In this document: piece after piece, positions 1 to 13,226 of the stretch | How the letters are laid out: each line of letters starts with the position of its first letter | Position numbering within the stretch: position 1 is the first letter of the stretch | Source of the DNA: Hypanus sabinus | Lineage: Eukaryota | Direction: 5' to 3' | DNA length: 64,000 nucleotides | NCBI RefSeq assembly: GCF_030144855.1 | Contig: NC_082712.1 | Coordinates: 148,552,001-148,616,000 of the forward strand | Program-made: the position numbers and the translations under genes | The notes under the pieces: model-generated | What the model was told of the DNA's origin: nothing | Databases searched by the model: none | What the model saw: only the letters and a program-made list of their open reading frames with translations

Positions 1-1530
1 GAACATCTATTCATGGACTTTAAAAACAAGAGTGAAATTGTGCAGAAAATCAGGGATATGCCCCTCTCTGCAAAGACAGATCAATAAAAATGGCAGAAGA
101 CATCACAAGACAGCAAATTAAAGACATCAATTCAGCTGTGGCCTACTCGATTGCCTGTGACGAGTCCAAAGACAAAGGTGATATTGAACGAATAGCGCTG
201 TTCTGCCGGTATGTAAACTCTGCCGGGCCACAGGAAGAAATGATTGAGTTGATACCTCTAAAAGGCCAAACTCGGGGGGGAGGACATCTGTGAGGCTGTC
301 TTGAATTGTTTAAGAGCCAAAGGAATAAAGACCACCCACCTGGTGTCAGTAGCTACTGATGGGGCACCAAGTATGACAGGAGCGCACAAGGGATTTGTGG
401 CTTTACTGCAGAAGTCGCTGGACAGAAAGCTGCTGATTTTTCACTGCATCTTGCACCAAGAGGCACTGTGCGCTCAAACATTTCCTCCGGAATGCACAGA
501 AGTAATGGATGTTGTCATTCAGATTGCCAATAAAATAATGGCAAAAAGTTCAAATCACTGTCAATTCCGTTTGTTACTGGATGAGCTGGAAAGCGCATAT
601 TCTGATCTCCTGCTGCACAACAAAGTCCGGTGGCTGTCAAGAGGGGAGGTGCTGAAACGCTTTGTCGCGTGTCTGGAAGAAGTGAAAACTTTCCTGGGCA
701 GCAAAGGGCTCACCATTCCTGAGCTGGAACAACCAGAGTGGCTGGAAAAGCTACACTTCATGGTAGACATGACAGCACACCTGAACATGCTGAACACAGC
801 TCTTCAGGGGAAAGGACGCACAGCCCTGCACATGTTGGAGGATGTTTTGGCATTCGAGCGCAAGTTGACAGTGCTTGCCAGAGATTTACAGAAAGGCACA
901 TTGTCTCACTTCCCCAATTTGAGAGAGTTCAAACAAGCTCATGACATGATAAATTCGGAGTATTTACATTCTGCAATCATCGCAATGCAAACATCGTTTG
1001 GGAAACGCTTCTGTGAGTTCAGAGAGGAAAAAAACACATTATTCTTCCTGGTCACTCTCCTAAGCATCGATCCATCCCTACTGAATACGACTGCATTGGC
1101 AGGTGTGAGTCACCCTAATCATGAGATGCAACTGGCCGACATAGCCGACAAAGACATATGGGTGTCCAAGTTTAGACGCTTGACAGCAAACCTTGAAGAT
1201 GTTGCCCGTCAGAAGGCCGTTCTTGCTCAGAATCACAAATGGAGTGATATTGAAAGCCTCCCCACACCGGACAAACTTGTGTTCGAAACATGGAATGCTA
1301 TCCCCGACATTTATGTAAACATTAAAAAGTATGTGCTTGGAGTCCTGTCAATCTTTGGATCCACATATGTATGTGAGCAGGTGTTCTCCAACATGAACTT
1401 TATTAAAAACAAACATCGTGCACGCCTCACAGATGACAGCCTGCGATCCTGTGTAAAGATGAAGGTGATGTCATACAGCCCTGATGTGCAGACGCTGTGC
1501 GCTGAGGTGCAGGAGCAGAAATCCCATTAA
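1..1530 (+). pseudogene. hAT transposase (GTF2IRD2/EPM2AIP1-like), frameshifted; 409-aa C-terminal part open at 301-1530
   Basis: Motifs DESKD, VATDGAPSM, FHCILHQEALCA (CxxH), VRWLSRG and STYVCEQVFS, plus a C-terminal hATC-like region (KNKHRARLTDDSL). Frameshift in the G-run at ~273-280 between ORF 90-293 and ORF 301-1530. Confidence 0.85.
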
Positions 1531-1986
1531 CCAAGTATGATAAATATTTTAATTGCCTATTATTTTACATATATTCATATTTTTTCATTGTTCAGTGAAA
1601 TAGTCCTTTTATTTTTCAGGATGACAGCTGGCTGACATTTTTGGTTTGCTGCTGGCGGACAATTTAAGTTCGGCGTTTTTCATAAGTACAAGAAGGACTC
1701 AAATAGACATTGAGTATTTTACTTAAAAGTAACCTTCAACCCAACATCTTTTTTTCGGAGTTTTTTGTTGCATGCAGAAATGTAATTTCGTTTTCTCTGC
1801 AGGAGTTCATCGATTTCATAAATGCAACACATTATAGTTTGTTTATACATAGCATAAGGGCAAAAAAAACCCATTTAATGCAGTGTTATTTCATTTTAAA
1901 TGTCAAATGGGTTTTGTGGCTCCCAGTGTTTTCTGTGGGAAACGGGTCCAAATGGCTCTTTCAGTGGTAAAGGGTGCCAACCCCTG
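1..1986 (+). mobile_element. hAT DNA transposon (Buster/Charlie/SPIN-like), 3' part; 5' end lies outside the window
   Basis: Transposase homology 1-1530. Right end reads ...GGGTGCCAACCCCTG (reverse complement CAGGGGTTGGCACCC, a hAT-type TIR) ending at 1986. It is followed by AGCTAGGT, which fits the NNNTANNN target of Buster-type hATs. Confidence 0.8.
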
Positions 1987-2419
1987 AGCTAGGTAGTGAA
2001 GTTACTTCTGGTAAAGTGAAGGAGAAATCATTGATAAGATGCACGCAGTGGATCTGCAGTCTGAGTATTTGAGTTTCTTGTTGATCGATATAAAAGTCTT
2101 ATAAAGCTTGGGCTTGCCTCCTTGGTTTGTGCTGATGACCATGAAGCAAAGTTCGACTTTTACCTGGACTCCTATCTTCTGGGAGGCTTCATTAGTAGAA
2201 AAAACTATTGATGCTTTTCTCCTGGGAGACATCAGTGGCAGAATTGGTAATCTCACCAGGGCTGTAGTGTTAAAGTACGACCTCTCTACTGAACTCCCTG
2301 CCACCACATGGGTCTCACCATGTATGAAGTACTGTTGGCATTATACTGTTTATTTTTTAACTTGTATATGCACCTGATTATTTGTTAATTTATTTGTGGT
2401 AATATTATTTTACGTGCTG

Positions 2420-4285
2420 TGAGTTCACAGGTGAAGTGACATTTCCAGCATAAACTTAAATCATTGAAAGATGCTGTACAGTTGTGGCAGGGCTTGAACA
2501 CTATCACCTCTCATAAAGTTAAATCAAGTAATGTAGGTGACGGCAGGGCTTCACTTGCAGATGAGCTCAATGCCTTCTATGTTCACTTTGACCATCAAAC
2601 ATGAACCATCACAAACTCTCACAGCCCTTCTTGATTCTGTGATTTCAGTCTCTGAGGCTGATGTGCGAGCACCCTTCAGGAGGGTGAACCCACAAAAAGC
2701 ATCCACAGATGGGGTACCTGGCCAAGTAATAAAGACCTGTGCTTATCAACTAGCTGGAGTGTTCACTGAGATCTTTAATCCCTTGCTTTGGTAGTCTTAG
2801 GTTCCCACTTGCTTCAAGCAGGCTTCGATTATACTGGTGCCCAAGAAGAATGTGGTGACCTGCCTCAATGACTATTGTCCAGTAGCACTTGAATAGACAG
2901 TGATGGAGTGCTTTTAGAGGTTGGTAATGAAACTTATCAACTCTTACTGGAGAAGTGACATTAGATCCACTCTTAATTTGCCTACCGGTACAACACATTC
3001 GCAGTGGGTGCCATCTCATTGGCTCTCCCCGCAACCTTGAAACATCTGCACAGCAAAGGTACAACATCGGAATGCTCTATTGACTACAGCTCAGCACCTA
3101 ATTCCATTATCCCCTCAAAACTAATCAATAAGCTTTAGATCTTGGCCTCAGTACCTCCTTGTACAATTGGATCCTCGATTTCCTCACTTGCAGGCCCCAG
3201 TCAATTCAGATTGGCAACAACATCTCCTCCACGATCTCTATCAGCACAGGTGCACCACAAGTTTGTGTGCTTAGCCCCGGCTCTACTTGCATTACACTTA
3301 TGACAGTGTGGATAAGCACAGCTCCAATAGCATATTCAAGTTTGCCGAAGACCCCACTGTCGTAGGCGGAATCAAAGGTAGTGATGAATCAGCATATAGG
3401 AGGAAGATAGAAAATCTGGATGAGTGTCATAGCAACAACCTCTTACTCAATGTCAGCAAGACCAAGGAGCTGCATAATGACTTCAGGAGGGAAAACCAGA
3501 GAGGTCCACGAGCCATTTCTCATCGGAGCATCAGAGGTGGAGAAGTTCATCAGCTTTAAACTCCTTGGTGTTATTATTATGGAGGACCTGTCTTGGGCCC
3601 AGCATGTAAGTGCAATTGCAAAGAAAACACGGCAGTGCCTCTACTTTCTGTAGGAGTTTGCAGAGATTCGGGTTGACATCTAAAACTTTGACAAACATGT
3701 ATAGATGTGTGATGTAGAGTAAATTGACTGGTTGCATCATAGCCTGGTATGGAAACACCAGTAGCTTTATACGGAAAATCCTACAAAAACAGGTAAAGCC
3801 CTCCCAACCATTGAGTACATCTATATAAAACGCTGTTGTAGGAAAGCAACATCTATAATCAGGAACCCCTACCACCCAGTTCATGCTCTCCTCTCGTTGC
3901 TGCAATCAGGAAGAAGATACAAAAGCCTCAGGACTCTCGCCATCAGATTCAGGAACAGTTACTACCTGTCAATCATCAGGCTCTTGAAGCAAAGGGGATA
4001 ACTTCACTTGGCCCATCATTGATATGTTCCCACCACCAACAGGGTCACTTTTAAGGACTCTTCACCTCATATTTTCAATATTTATTGCTTATTTATTTAT
4101 TTTTATTAGTATTTCTTTCTTTTTGCATTTGCACAATTTTCGCACTCTGAACGCCCAAGTTGGTCGGTCTTTTTATTGATTTGGTTATGGTTATTCTGTA
4201 GATTAAGTATGCCCATGAGAAAATGAATCTCAGGGTTGTATATTGTGACGTACATGTACTTTGAAAATAAACTTACTTTGACTTT
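2420..4285 (+). mobile_element. Degenerate Rex1/Babar-type non-LTR retrotransposon (RT and 3' end)
   Basis: Broken RT motifs ([39 protein letters not shown]) across several short ORFs; TE-like 3' tail. Confidence 0.65.
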
Positions 4286-5205
4286 TCCCTGAGTTATATG
4301 TAATGTTGTTTACCTTGGTCTGAAAGAATGTCGTTTTGTTTGGTGGTATACATATGTACAGTTAAATGACAAAAAGAACAAACGAACTCAAATCCTTATG
4401 CAATGATATTTAATGTACCATTTGCCATTGTAATTGCTTTCTATATCGCATATTAACTTTCAATGACTCATGAACAATGTCATCCAGATCTCCCTGAACA
4501 TTTAGAGCTTTTAAAAGTGCTGCATGTTTCTATTTTTTTGTCAAATTTACAATTTTTTGCCTTGCATATCATCTTCCATTCACTTATGCTATCTCCATTT
4601 ACTTGAAAGCTCTCTGTTACTACTTCCTTAAGTTTTGAAAGAACTATCCATGCAGTGCTCTAAGGACAAGCTAGAAAGCAAATGGCACAGGTCTTACGAT
4701 CTTGACCAGATTGACCTCCAACACTCCTGAATGAAATTGGGAAAATTGTCTCCAAAACACTTGTGAAAGGCCTCAAGGTTAAAATAGATTTGTGCATTTA
4801 TTTACAGGTTGAGTTTATGACAGCATCATCATTGATGCGATACTAAGAAGACTTGTATTGCCAATTACATTGAGGATGGATTCTTTTATTAAAAGATGGC
4901 AAAAATGCTGTGCTTTTAGTATTGCTGCTACTTGGTTAGAGAATGATGCTCAAAGAAAATTAATGTATCTTGTTTTGGTTATTTTTCCACACATATCTTG
5001 CTTTTCATACTTTAAAAAAATCACAGAGTTAATCATTAACAAAAACCTTGAAAGCAAATTACAAACTTGCTTGGCTCTATGCCTACAGTAAAAAATAGAA
5101 TAGTTTTAGAAGGGTAGACAAATTATGAGTCATGTGGTTTTGTATCAAAGTGTTCTGATTAGTGGTCAGAATTTAATTTGAACATGTTTATTTCTTTTCC
5201 AACAG

Positions 5206-5331
5206 ATTGTATACAACCTGCTTTCTCTGCAGTTTAACTCTCGTATTCGTGTGAAGACTTACACTGATGAATTGACGCCTCTGGATTCCTTAGTACCTGT
5301 GTTTCAAGCTGCAAACTGGTATGAGAGAGAG
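5206..5331 (+). CDS. NDUFS3: NDUFS3 (complex I 30-kDa subunit) internal coding exon
   Basis: ttttccaacag|ATT...GAG|gtgag, 126 nt, translating [42 protein letters not shown], which matches vertebrate NDUFS3. Confidence 0.96.
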
Positions 5332-5579
5332 GTGAGCTGAAGGAATTCAATAGAATAGTTTTTTTTTCTTGTTCTGAGAAAGGGTCATTGATGTGCAATG
5401 TTGATTTTTTTTTGTCTGTTATGCTGGCTGAACTGAGGTCTTACAGTAATGTCTACTTTTGATCCCTTTGAATAATAGTTAATCTCTTGGGAAAACCAAG
5501 ACAGACTGTAATCTTTTTGTATAATACACTGGGGTGCTCTATTCAGTAACCTCATGAGGTAACCATACCCTTTGGTCAA

Positions 5580-6500
5580 GAGCAGATGTTATCAGGTGGT
5601 GCCCAACCTTCATTGGGTGTTTCGACCTTCAACTACTACGCTATACAGGTGGCGGTTCAGCAGTGGTGGCCAAGTAACTGCCCATCTGCTCCTGACTTCC
5701 AGCTCAACTCCTCTTGCCTGCTCTACATCCAAGTAAAGGCTCTTTCTGCTTCTTCCCCATCCTGTGAGCTGTTTGGTTCTTGCTCTTTTCATCAAGGCCC
5801 AGTGCAGAGAGCAGCCTCCATGCCAGCCTTGCCTGGAACCCTGTAGCCATGTCTGCCATCCTGTATCCCTGCACTCCTGGACTAAAGATTGGTACTTCAG
5901 AGCCTTCCTCTCATAAGCCTCATTGCATCCTTACTTCCATGGTATTGTGAGCTCCACCAGGATGACTTTCTTGTCTTCAGTGGACCACAGTATGATGTCT
6001 GGTTGAAGTGTCAACTTCAGGAACCACACCTTCCTCCCTGCATCAACCCTTATCTCCCATGATTTGGCAGTTTGCAACAGATTGGATTTAGGCCTCTTTA
6101 ATATGACTGGCATGGCCCTCTCCTTGATGAAAATGACTGCCGTGTTTGCCTCTCTGCCAGCTGTTCTGTTTTTATACCTCTCCCACTCCAGTGTGTCAGC
6201 AGGGGACAGCAGGACCTTGTCATGGCCACCTATACTGTCCTTGTGTTAAAGCTGTTTTAAATCCTGATAGTATGTGTGCCAATGAATCCTGCTGACCACA
6301 AAGCCTACAGTTAGGGTCCCCCCCTCAGCCCCCATGTGTGCAGCTTTGATGCTGTAGGGGGAGAATCATACACAGACTGAAGGAGGAAAGCAATGCAGAA
6401 GAGCTTCCAGTCTCCAAAGCTCTGGCCAAGTGTTCTTGCACTTGGGAAGATCGTATTTTGTCCAGGCACTCTTGACTACTGCCATAATGTAGTTCTAAGG
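5580..6500 (-). mobile_element. HERO/R2-superfamily non-LTR retrotransposon 3' fragment (zinc knuckle and restriction-like endonuclease)
   Basis: Minus-strand FLLQSVYD..KLHTWG, CRLCGQQDSLAHILSG, and LQPDIILWSTEDKKVILVELTIPWK (PD..D/E-type endonuclease). Lies in an NDUFS3 intron. Confidence 0.7.
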
Positions 6501-7539
6501 AGTGATAGATAATTGAACTAAGAGTAGAACAATATTAGATGTTATGATGTCCTAAATCTTTGCAAAAGTGGATTAAGTTTTGTACATTTTATCAGGTATG
6601 GAAGCAAGATTTCAATGATCTTGTCTGAATTAGAATTCAGTCAGAAAACTAAAATAACTAAAGGGAACCTTTTACCATGTGTCTCTAGGTATGCGGCTCA
6701 TTAGGCCCTCGCTAATGGCCACTGGACTCTAGGGTGACAGAAACACCTTTCTTAAACTCCATACATGTAGGGTCGGTAATGACTTGGGTCCCACCAAAAC
6801 CGGGAAGTTGGGATAATCTGTGTGGATACTGTGTAAATACTAACCCTCATGGCAATTAGCTGTTAACAAAAAATAACAGATTGTACACTGCATACAATTA
6901 TAAAGAAAGTATATTTACAAATGTCAGCTTTATCAAACAGTTAGTAGGGAAAAGAAAGGGGGGAGAAAATAGAAAGGGTCCATTACAGTTAACCCAGTCC
7001 AAATATACACATAAGTTGGAGCTCACCTTGAAGTAGTCTTTAACTCGTGCGCTGGACCTACAGTCTGTGTGAAAGCATACTCCACCTTCTGAATGTTGTT
7101 TGAAACCCATCTCGGACAAATGGGCTGCCCCATGGGAGTATTAGTCCTTCCTCCTTGAAGCCATTCATCTGCACAAACCACATTGTGCAATAGGGACGAC
7201 ATCCTCAGCCATCTTCCCTCTTACCTTCTTCCAGCTCCTGCCAAAAAGACCTCAACCCACACCAGTGTCTGATGCAAAAAGCTCTCTGCTCAGTGTTCTC
7301 TAGAACCTTCTCCCAATTCCACCATCCTGATTGGATGACGCTACATTCCTAAGCACGAACATCACAACCCCTTATCTTTAGCTCAAACCCAAACCTGCTG
7401 AAAGCAGAACAGGCTGCTCTTACAGAACAGCTATAATGAAATACCTACAACATAGCAGAAAAATCTTAACCAGGGTGTTACTAAAGTAGGCTCCATACTG
7501 TTTGGGACCACTTCTTTTCAGTTCATACCGTGTCAATGC

Positions 7540-8110
7540 TTAGGATGTTGGAATTGGTGGCTTTGTGGCCAACTTTGCAGACAATATAAAGATAGGTGAA
7601 GGGGCAGGTAGTTTTGAGGAAGCAGGGAGTCTGCAGAACAATTTAGACAGATTAGTAAAATGAGCAAAGAAGTGGCAGATGGAATACAGTGTAAGGAAGT
7701 ATATGGATATGTACTTTGGTAGATGAAGTAAAGGTGTAGACTATTTTCTAAATGGAGAGCAAATTCAGAAATCAGAGGTAGAAAGAAATCTGTAAGTCCT
7801 CGTGGAGAATTCCCTAAAGGTTAATTTGCACGTTGAGTCAGTGGTAAGGAAGGCAAATGCAATGTTAGTATTCATTTTGAGAGGATTAGAATATAAAAGC
7901 AAGGATGTAATGCACTATAAGGCGTTGGTCAGTCTGCACTTGGAATATTGAGAGTAGCTTTGGGCTTCTTATCTAAGAAAGGATGTGCTGGTACTGGAGA
8001 GAGTCCAGATGCGGTACACAAGAATGATTCAGGAATGAAAGGGTTAATGTATAAGGTCAGGTTGATGGCTCTAGGCCTCTAATCACTGAGGTTCAGAAGA
8101 ATGAGAAGTG
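7540..8110 (+). mobile_element. CR1-type LINE ORF2 fragment, degenerate
   Basis: Broken FADDTK, MEYSV.KC, ARKANAML and LVSLHLEY..WASYLRKD motifs. Confidence 0.7.
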
Positions 8111-8718
8111 ACAAAAAAGGCTACCCAAAACATTTACTTTTTTTTAGATCCTATTGAAGCACTTTGTATGGCCAGTAATTTGCATACATTCTGAAGTTGG
8201 TCCATATAAATGCTGGATGTCCGGGTTATTAATTTGGTGGAAAGAGGTTGCTTGTGGATGTCAGCAGGCTAGAGATAGATGAATGTTTTAGGATTTAATT
8301 TGAAGGATGGGGCCAGTTGTGGTAGTGTACAGTTTTGTTGGCTTTATGTTATCTGGAAAGAGCAGATTTAATCAACTAGGTGATTTTTTTTTCTCCATTA
8401 ATATTACTAATTTTAAGTGAGAAATTAGCATTAATGTGCTTGAATCATATTAACTGTTATTTAACTCTTATTTTCCAAATGTAGCCATGCAATATAATAA
8501 TTAGGTTTAAGGCAACCATTCTGTGCTTTTGGATACATAGGGCACTATTGTGATAAATATCTTGATTTAATCTAAACTATAAAATTCAGTCCTGTGACAT
8601 TTAAGCAATGTATTTAATTTAGCTTAAAATTTTACCCCCAAATAATTTTTTCTCTTACAGGATAGATGAACTTTATGTCTTCCATTTATAGTATGTCTCA
8701 CATCTATCAAATTTATAA

Positions 8719-8913
<195 letters not shown>

Positions 8914-9100
8914 TAATATTTGATATCTTCACAAGTGTAGATTATCTCTATTTGTATTTCCTTCATGCTGCTCTTGAATTATCAGAAAAAAATATTGGAG
9001 TGAAAATCTGCAACAAATGTACTTCAGAAATTTGCAACATATTAAGCACAAATATTTATTGTTCTAGTCCATGAATATAACCACAAATGTTCCCGTTTAG

Positions 9101-9268
9101 GTACGTTATGATGACGAGGTGAAACGTGTGGTTGCTGAGCCTATTGAACTTGCCCAGGAATTCCGAAAATTTGACCTCAATAGCCCATGGGAAGTTTTCC
9201 CAGCACACCGTAAGCCAGCTGAGGTACCAAAACTTGATGCAGGAGAAACAAAACCCGAAACTAAGTGA
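9101..9268 (+). CDS. NDUFS3: NDUFS3 terminal coding exon
   Basis: ttcccgtttag|GTA, translating [55 protein letters not shown] then TGA at 9266-9268. Confidence 0.96.
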   Translation, partial: VRYDDEVKRVVAEPIELAQEFRKFDLNSPWEVFPAHRKPAEVPKLDAGETKPETK

Positions 9269-9375
9269 ACAGAGACAGCTACATCTTTGGGAAAGCTCTG
9301 AGCAATATCACTTTTCATGTGGACCTAAGTAGCTGATTTTCTGTAATGCCTAAAGGTTTATCTGATATTTATGTA

Positions 9376-9381
9376 AATAAA
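9376..9381 (+). terminator. Likely NDUFS3 polyadenylation signal (AATAAA)
   Basis: AATAAA 108 nt after the stop codon, followed by T/GT-rich sequence. Confidence 0.6.
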
Positions 9382-9607
9382 TTACATGTACAAGTTAGCT
9401 CTGCTGTAGTTTTAATTGTATTTCAGTTCTTAACTTCTTATGTGCCACAAAAGGATACTTTTAACTTGGAAATCTAACTGACAGTGAGATATTCTTTTGA
9501 TTTTGTCATGAAGCTTTGCTTGATTTCTTCTGTTTTCAAATGTTCCTTTAACATGGGCATTGGATTTTGTAGTTCTTTGATGGACTGAGGTTAGTAAATC
9601 TATAGAG

Positions 9608-10746
9608 CAGCGTTTCTGAACTAGGATTCTGCGAGAGATCATGATTTAAGAAAAAAATTAACATCATTTTTTGAACTTTGGGTGATTTTAGCCCTCTCAG
9701 CGGTGTGCAGAGGCAGAGCAGCCCCATTTGCAATCTCGGTAGAGGTCATTCAGCATAGTATGGCAGTGCACTGTACTCAGTTTTGACGTGGGATGTTGAT
9801 AATTGGTGAGCACTGTATTGCACAGAGGGGAGGACAGTATGCTGATGAGAGGCGTAAAGTGCGTTTTCTGAGCATTGCATGAACTCGCCCAACTTGGGCT
9901 ATGACATCAACCTCTCCATCCTGAATTATGTCCTCCAACTTCCTCTTGCACGCTGCTGACTGCCTTATGGAAGCAAATAAACTCTACCAGTGTGGTAGAA
10001 AACTAGAGGGAAATTTCATTGTAAAGAAGGAATTTCTATGCACCATGACTGCTGCTGGCCTGATGCTTTGCTGTTGTTGTAAACATTGCAAAAGGTGGAT
10101 TGTGTAGGTTAGAAGTGAATTACATTATGAAGTTTTCATATTTTTTGTGTGGTTTTCTTGTTTATTTATTTATTATGCTGTTCTTTTTTATATTGTATTA
10201 ACCCCTATTCCATGGTGCCTAGTCTACAGCAAACAACTACAAATGCAGCAATGGCTCCAGCAAAACTGAAAAGACAAGTAAATCACAGCCATATGACATG
10301 TAAAAGTGCTGCGTATTTTAAATGGCTATGGGAATCTGAAGATAAACAGTAAAGCTTGTAATTAGAATCAACTTACAATCTTTAACTAAATTAAATCTAC
10401 CAAGCCCACTTTTAGAAAAATTAAATCCCATGTTGGCTTAAGCCAGTAATTTAACAGAAATTTATTAAGTTTGCCTTATGAGCTTTTAAAATTTATGAAA
10501 GGGAAAGAGATTAATTTCCAGAAACGTAATCTCATTTTAAGTACCTTTTTTTTCCAAGAAAGGTTGGCTAAAAATTCATTTTCTATTCAAAAGAGCATTG
10601 ACAATTATTTTTAGATTATTATATCTCCAACTTACTGATCATGCTAATGTGTCTTGAGCTGTAGATATAATTTTTATGCAGGGATTCCCTGAGACCTAAA
10701 AATCATTTCAAGGGTTTCTCCAGGGCAAAAAGGTTGAGAAAGGCTG
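9608..10746. mobile_element. Non-autonomous hAT element (1139 bp)
   Basis: TIRs CAGCGTTTCTGAAC and GTTGAGAAAGGCTG (12/14 complementary). Exact 8-bp TSD CTATAGAG at 9600-9607 and 10747-10754. Confidence 0.85.
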
Positions 10747-10859
10747 CTATAGAGTAATAACTATACAGAATCAAAGAAAGACTGCCCAACCTGGGCCTTC
10801 AACTAGAGTGCAGAAGGCAACAAATTGGGCAAATACAAAAAGAAGAAACAATAATAATA

Positions 10860-11245
10860 AATAAATAAGGCAAGGTAAGTGTATTTGTACAGCACTTTTG
10901 AAATTCAACATTGAAAGTGCTTTACATAAAACAAGATATAAAAATCAAACATCAAATTTCAGACAATATAAAGACAATAAAATCTCACAGAATAATAATA
11001 AAGAAATAAAAGTTACATTGCAAGAGATTCTAATTAAAAGCTACACCAAAAAGAAAAGTTGTAAGCCTCAATTTAAAAAAAGCTTAAAGTTGGGAAGGAC
11101 TTCAGATCCTCTGGAAGATTATTCCAGATATGTGGAGCATAGTAACTAAAAACTGCCTGATCATGGTTTGATCCTTGGGATGGTAAGCAAACCTGTCCCA
11201 GAGGACCTGTGAGCTTGGGAAGGTTCATAATGCAGCAAGAGGTTG
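10860..11245 (-). mobile_element. L2-type LINE 3' fragment
   Basis: Minus-strand LLHYEPSQAHRSSGTGLLTIPRIKP resembles L2 ORF2 C-termini; L2-like 3' tail. Confidence 0.55.
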
Positions 11246-11249
11246 GAAA

Positions 11250-12110
11250 TAAACAATAAATAGTAAGAACTTGGAATGAAGAGTCCTTGAAAGTGAGTCC
11301 ATAAATTGGGGGATTGTTGACTGGCTATCGCAGCCTGGTATGGAAACACCAGGAATGGAATGTACTACAAAAAGTAGTGAATACATCATGGGTAAAGCCC
11401 TCCTAACCTCATCCTAATGTTTGAAGGGTAGAACCGTTCCTGAACCAGGTGATTTGAATCTTGAGGCTCTTGTATCTTCTTCCTGATGGCAGTAGCAAGA
11501 AGACAGAATGTCCTGTGTGGTGGGGTTCCCTGATGATGGATGCTGCTTTCTTGTGACAGCATTTCATGTAGATGTGTGAGGGCATTATCTGTGATGTATC
11601 CACTACTATTGTAGTATATTCCGTTCAAGGGCATTGGTGTTTCCATACCAGGCTGTGATGCAGCCTGTCAATATACTCCCCACTATATATAGACATCTGT
11701 CAAAGTTTTAGGTGTCATGCCATATCTGTAAGCTAAGGAAGTAAAGGCACTGCTCTGCTTTCTTCGTAATTGTGTTTGCATGCTGGGCCCAGGACAGGTC
11801 CTTTGGAATAATAACACCTAAGAATTTAAAGTTGCTAACCGTCTCCACCTTTGATCCTCTGATGAGGACTGGCTCATGGACCTTTGTCTTCCTTCTCTTG
11901 AAATCAACAATCAGCTTCTTGGTCTTGCTGACATTGTGAGAGGTTGTTGTGCATGACGCCACTAACTCAGATTTTCAATCTTCTTCCAATATGCTGATTC
12001 ATCACTACCTTTGATTTGGCCTGCCACGGTGTCATCAGCAAATTTGAATATGGCATTGGAGCTGTGCTCAGCCACACAGTCATAACTGTAAAGCGAGTAG
12101 ATCAGGGTAC
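11250..12110 (-). mobile_element. Rex1/Babar-type fragment(s)
   Basis: ORFs 11962-12150 (STGTQGSVFS..FKFADDT) and 11708-11962 (NVSKTKKLIVDF..FKFLGV). Confidence 0.65.
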
Positions 12111-12980
12111 TAAACACACTGCCTTGTGTACCTGTGCTGATGGAGATCATAGAGCAGAAACAGTGAAAAGCTTGTTTTGCATATCGTTTGTACAGATCAG
12201 ATCATTACACAGTGCATCAAGGCAGTACAAGGTAAAACAATAACGAGGCACAATAAAGTGTAACAGCCTCAGAGGACCTGCAGTGCAGACAAGGTGCAAG
12301 ATCATAACAAGGTGGGTTGTGAGGTCTGGACAACCTCTTGCTCAAGTCAGCGAGACCAAAAAGCTGATTATTGACTTCTGGAGGAGGAAATCAGTGGCCC
12401 ATGTGCCAGTCCTCATTGAGAAGTTGGAGGTGGAGAGTGTCAGCAACTTTAAATTCCTTGGTGATATTTCAAAGGAACTGTCCTGGGTCCAGCACGCAAG
12501 TGCCATTATGATTAAGTGATTTCCTCACTTGCAGTCCCTGGTCAGTTTGGATTGGTAGGTTATTTCAGGTTTTTGTATCTTTTGTCTGAAGAGGGGAGAT
12601 GAGATAATGTTGGGAGTGAGAGGGGCTTTTGGCTGTTTTACTGAGACAGTGAGAAATGTTGATAGAGTCCATAGAGGCTGGTTTTTGTGATGTGTCCACA
12701 ACTTCCTACAGGTTCTTGCAGTCACGTGCAGAGCAGCTGCTATACCAAGCCATTATGGGATGCTTAATATGGTGCGTTAATAAAAGTTCATTCAGCCTCT
12801 GTCATATTGTGCATTTATTTTGATAAAATTAATTTACAAATCTTAGATTGTGGTCTTTTCTTAAAGGCCTCTGTCAATCCTACAATCAGATACTATGTAT
12901 TATTAAATGGCTGAATTTAAAATCAGAGGAATCCAATTCACAAAATTTCCCAAACAGAATAAAAATTGTATATTACACAT

Positions 12981-13226
12981 GGGCAACATGGTAGCATGCA
13001 GTTCGCATAATTGTATAACAGCGCCAGTGACCCGGGTTGAGCCCTGCTGCTATCTGTGAGGAGTTTGTACGTTTTCCCTGTTACCCCATGGGGTTTCTCC
13101 AGGTGCTCTGGTTTCCTCCCACATTGCAAAGACGTACAGGTTTAGTAGGTTAGTTGGTCACATGGGTAGAATTGCGTAGTGCGGACTTGTTGAGCCAGAA
13201 GGGACTTGCTGTGCTGTATCTAAGTA
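12981..13226 (+). mobile_element. tRNA-derived V-SINE (HE1-like)
   Basis: V-domain core GAGTTTGTACGTTTTCCCTG...GGTTTCTCCAGGTGCTCTGGTTTCCTCCCACATTGCAAAGACGT. Confidence 0.7.
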
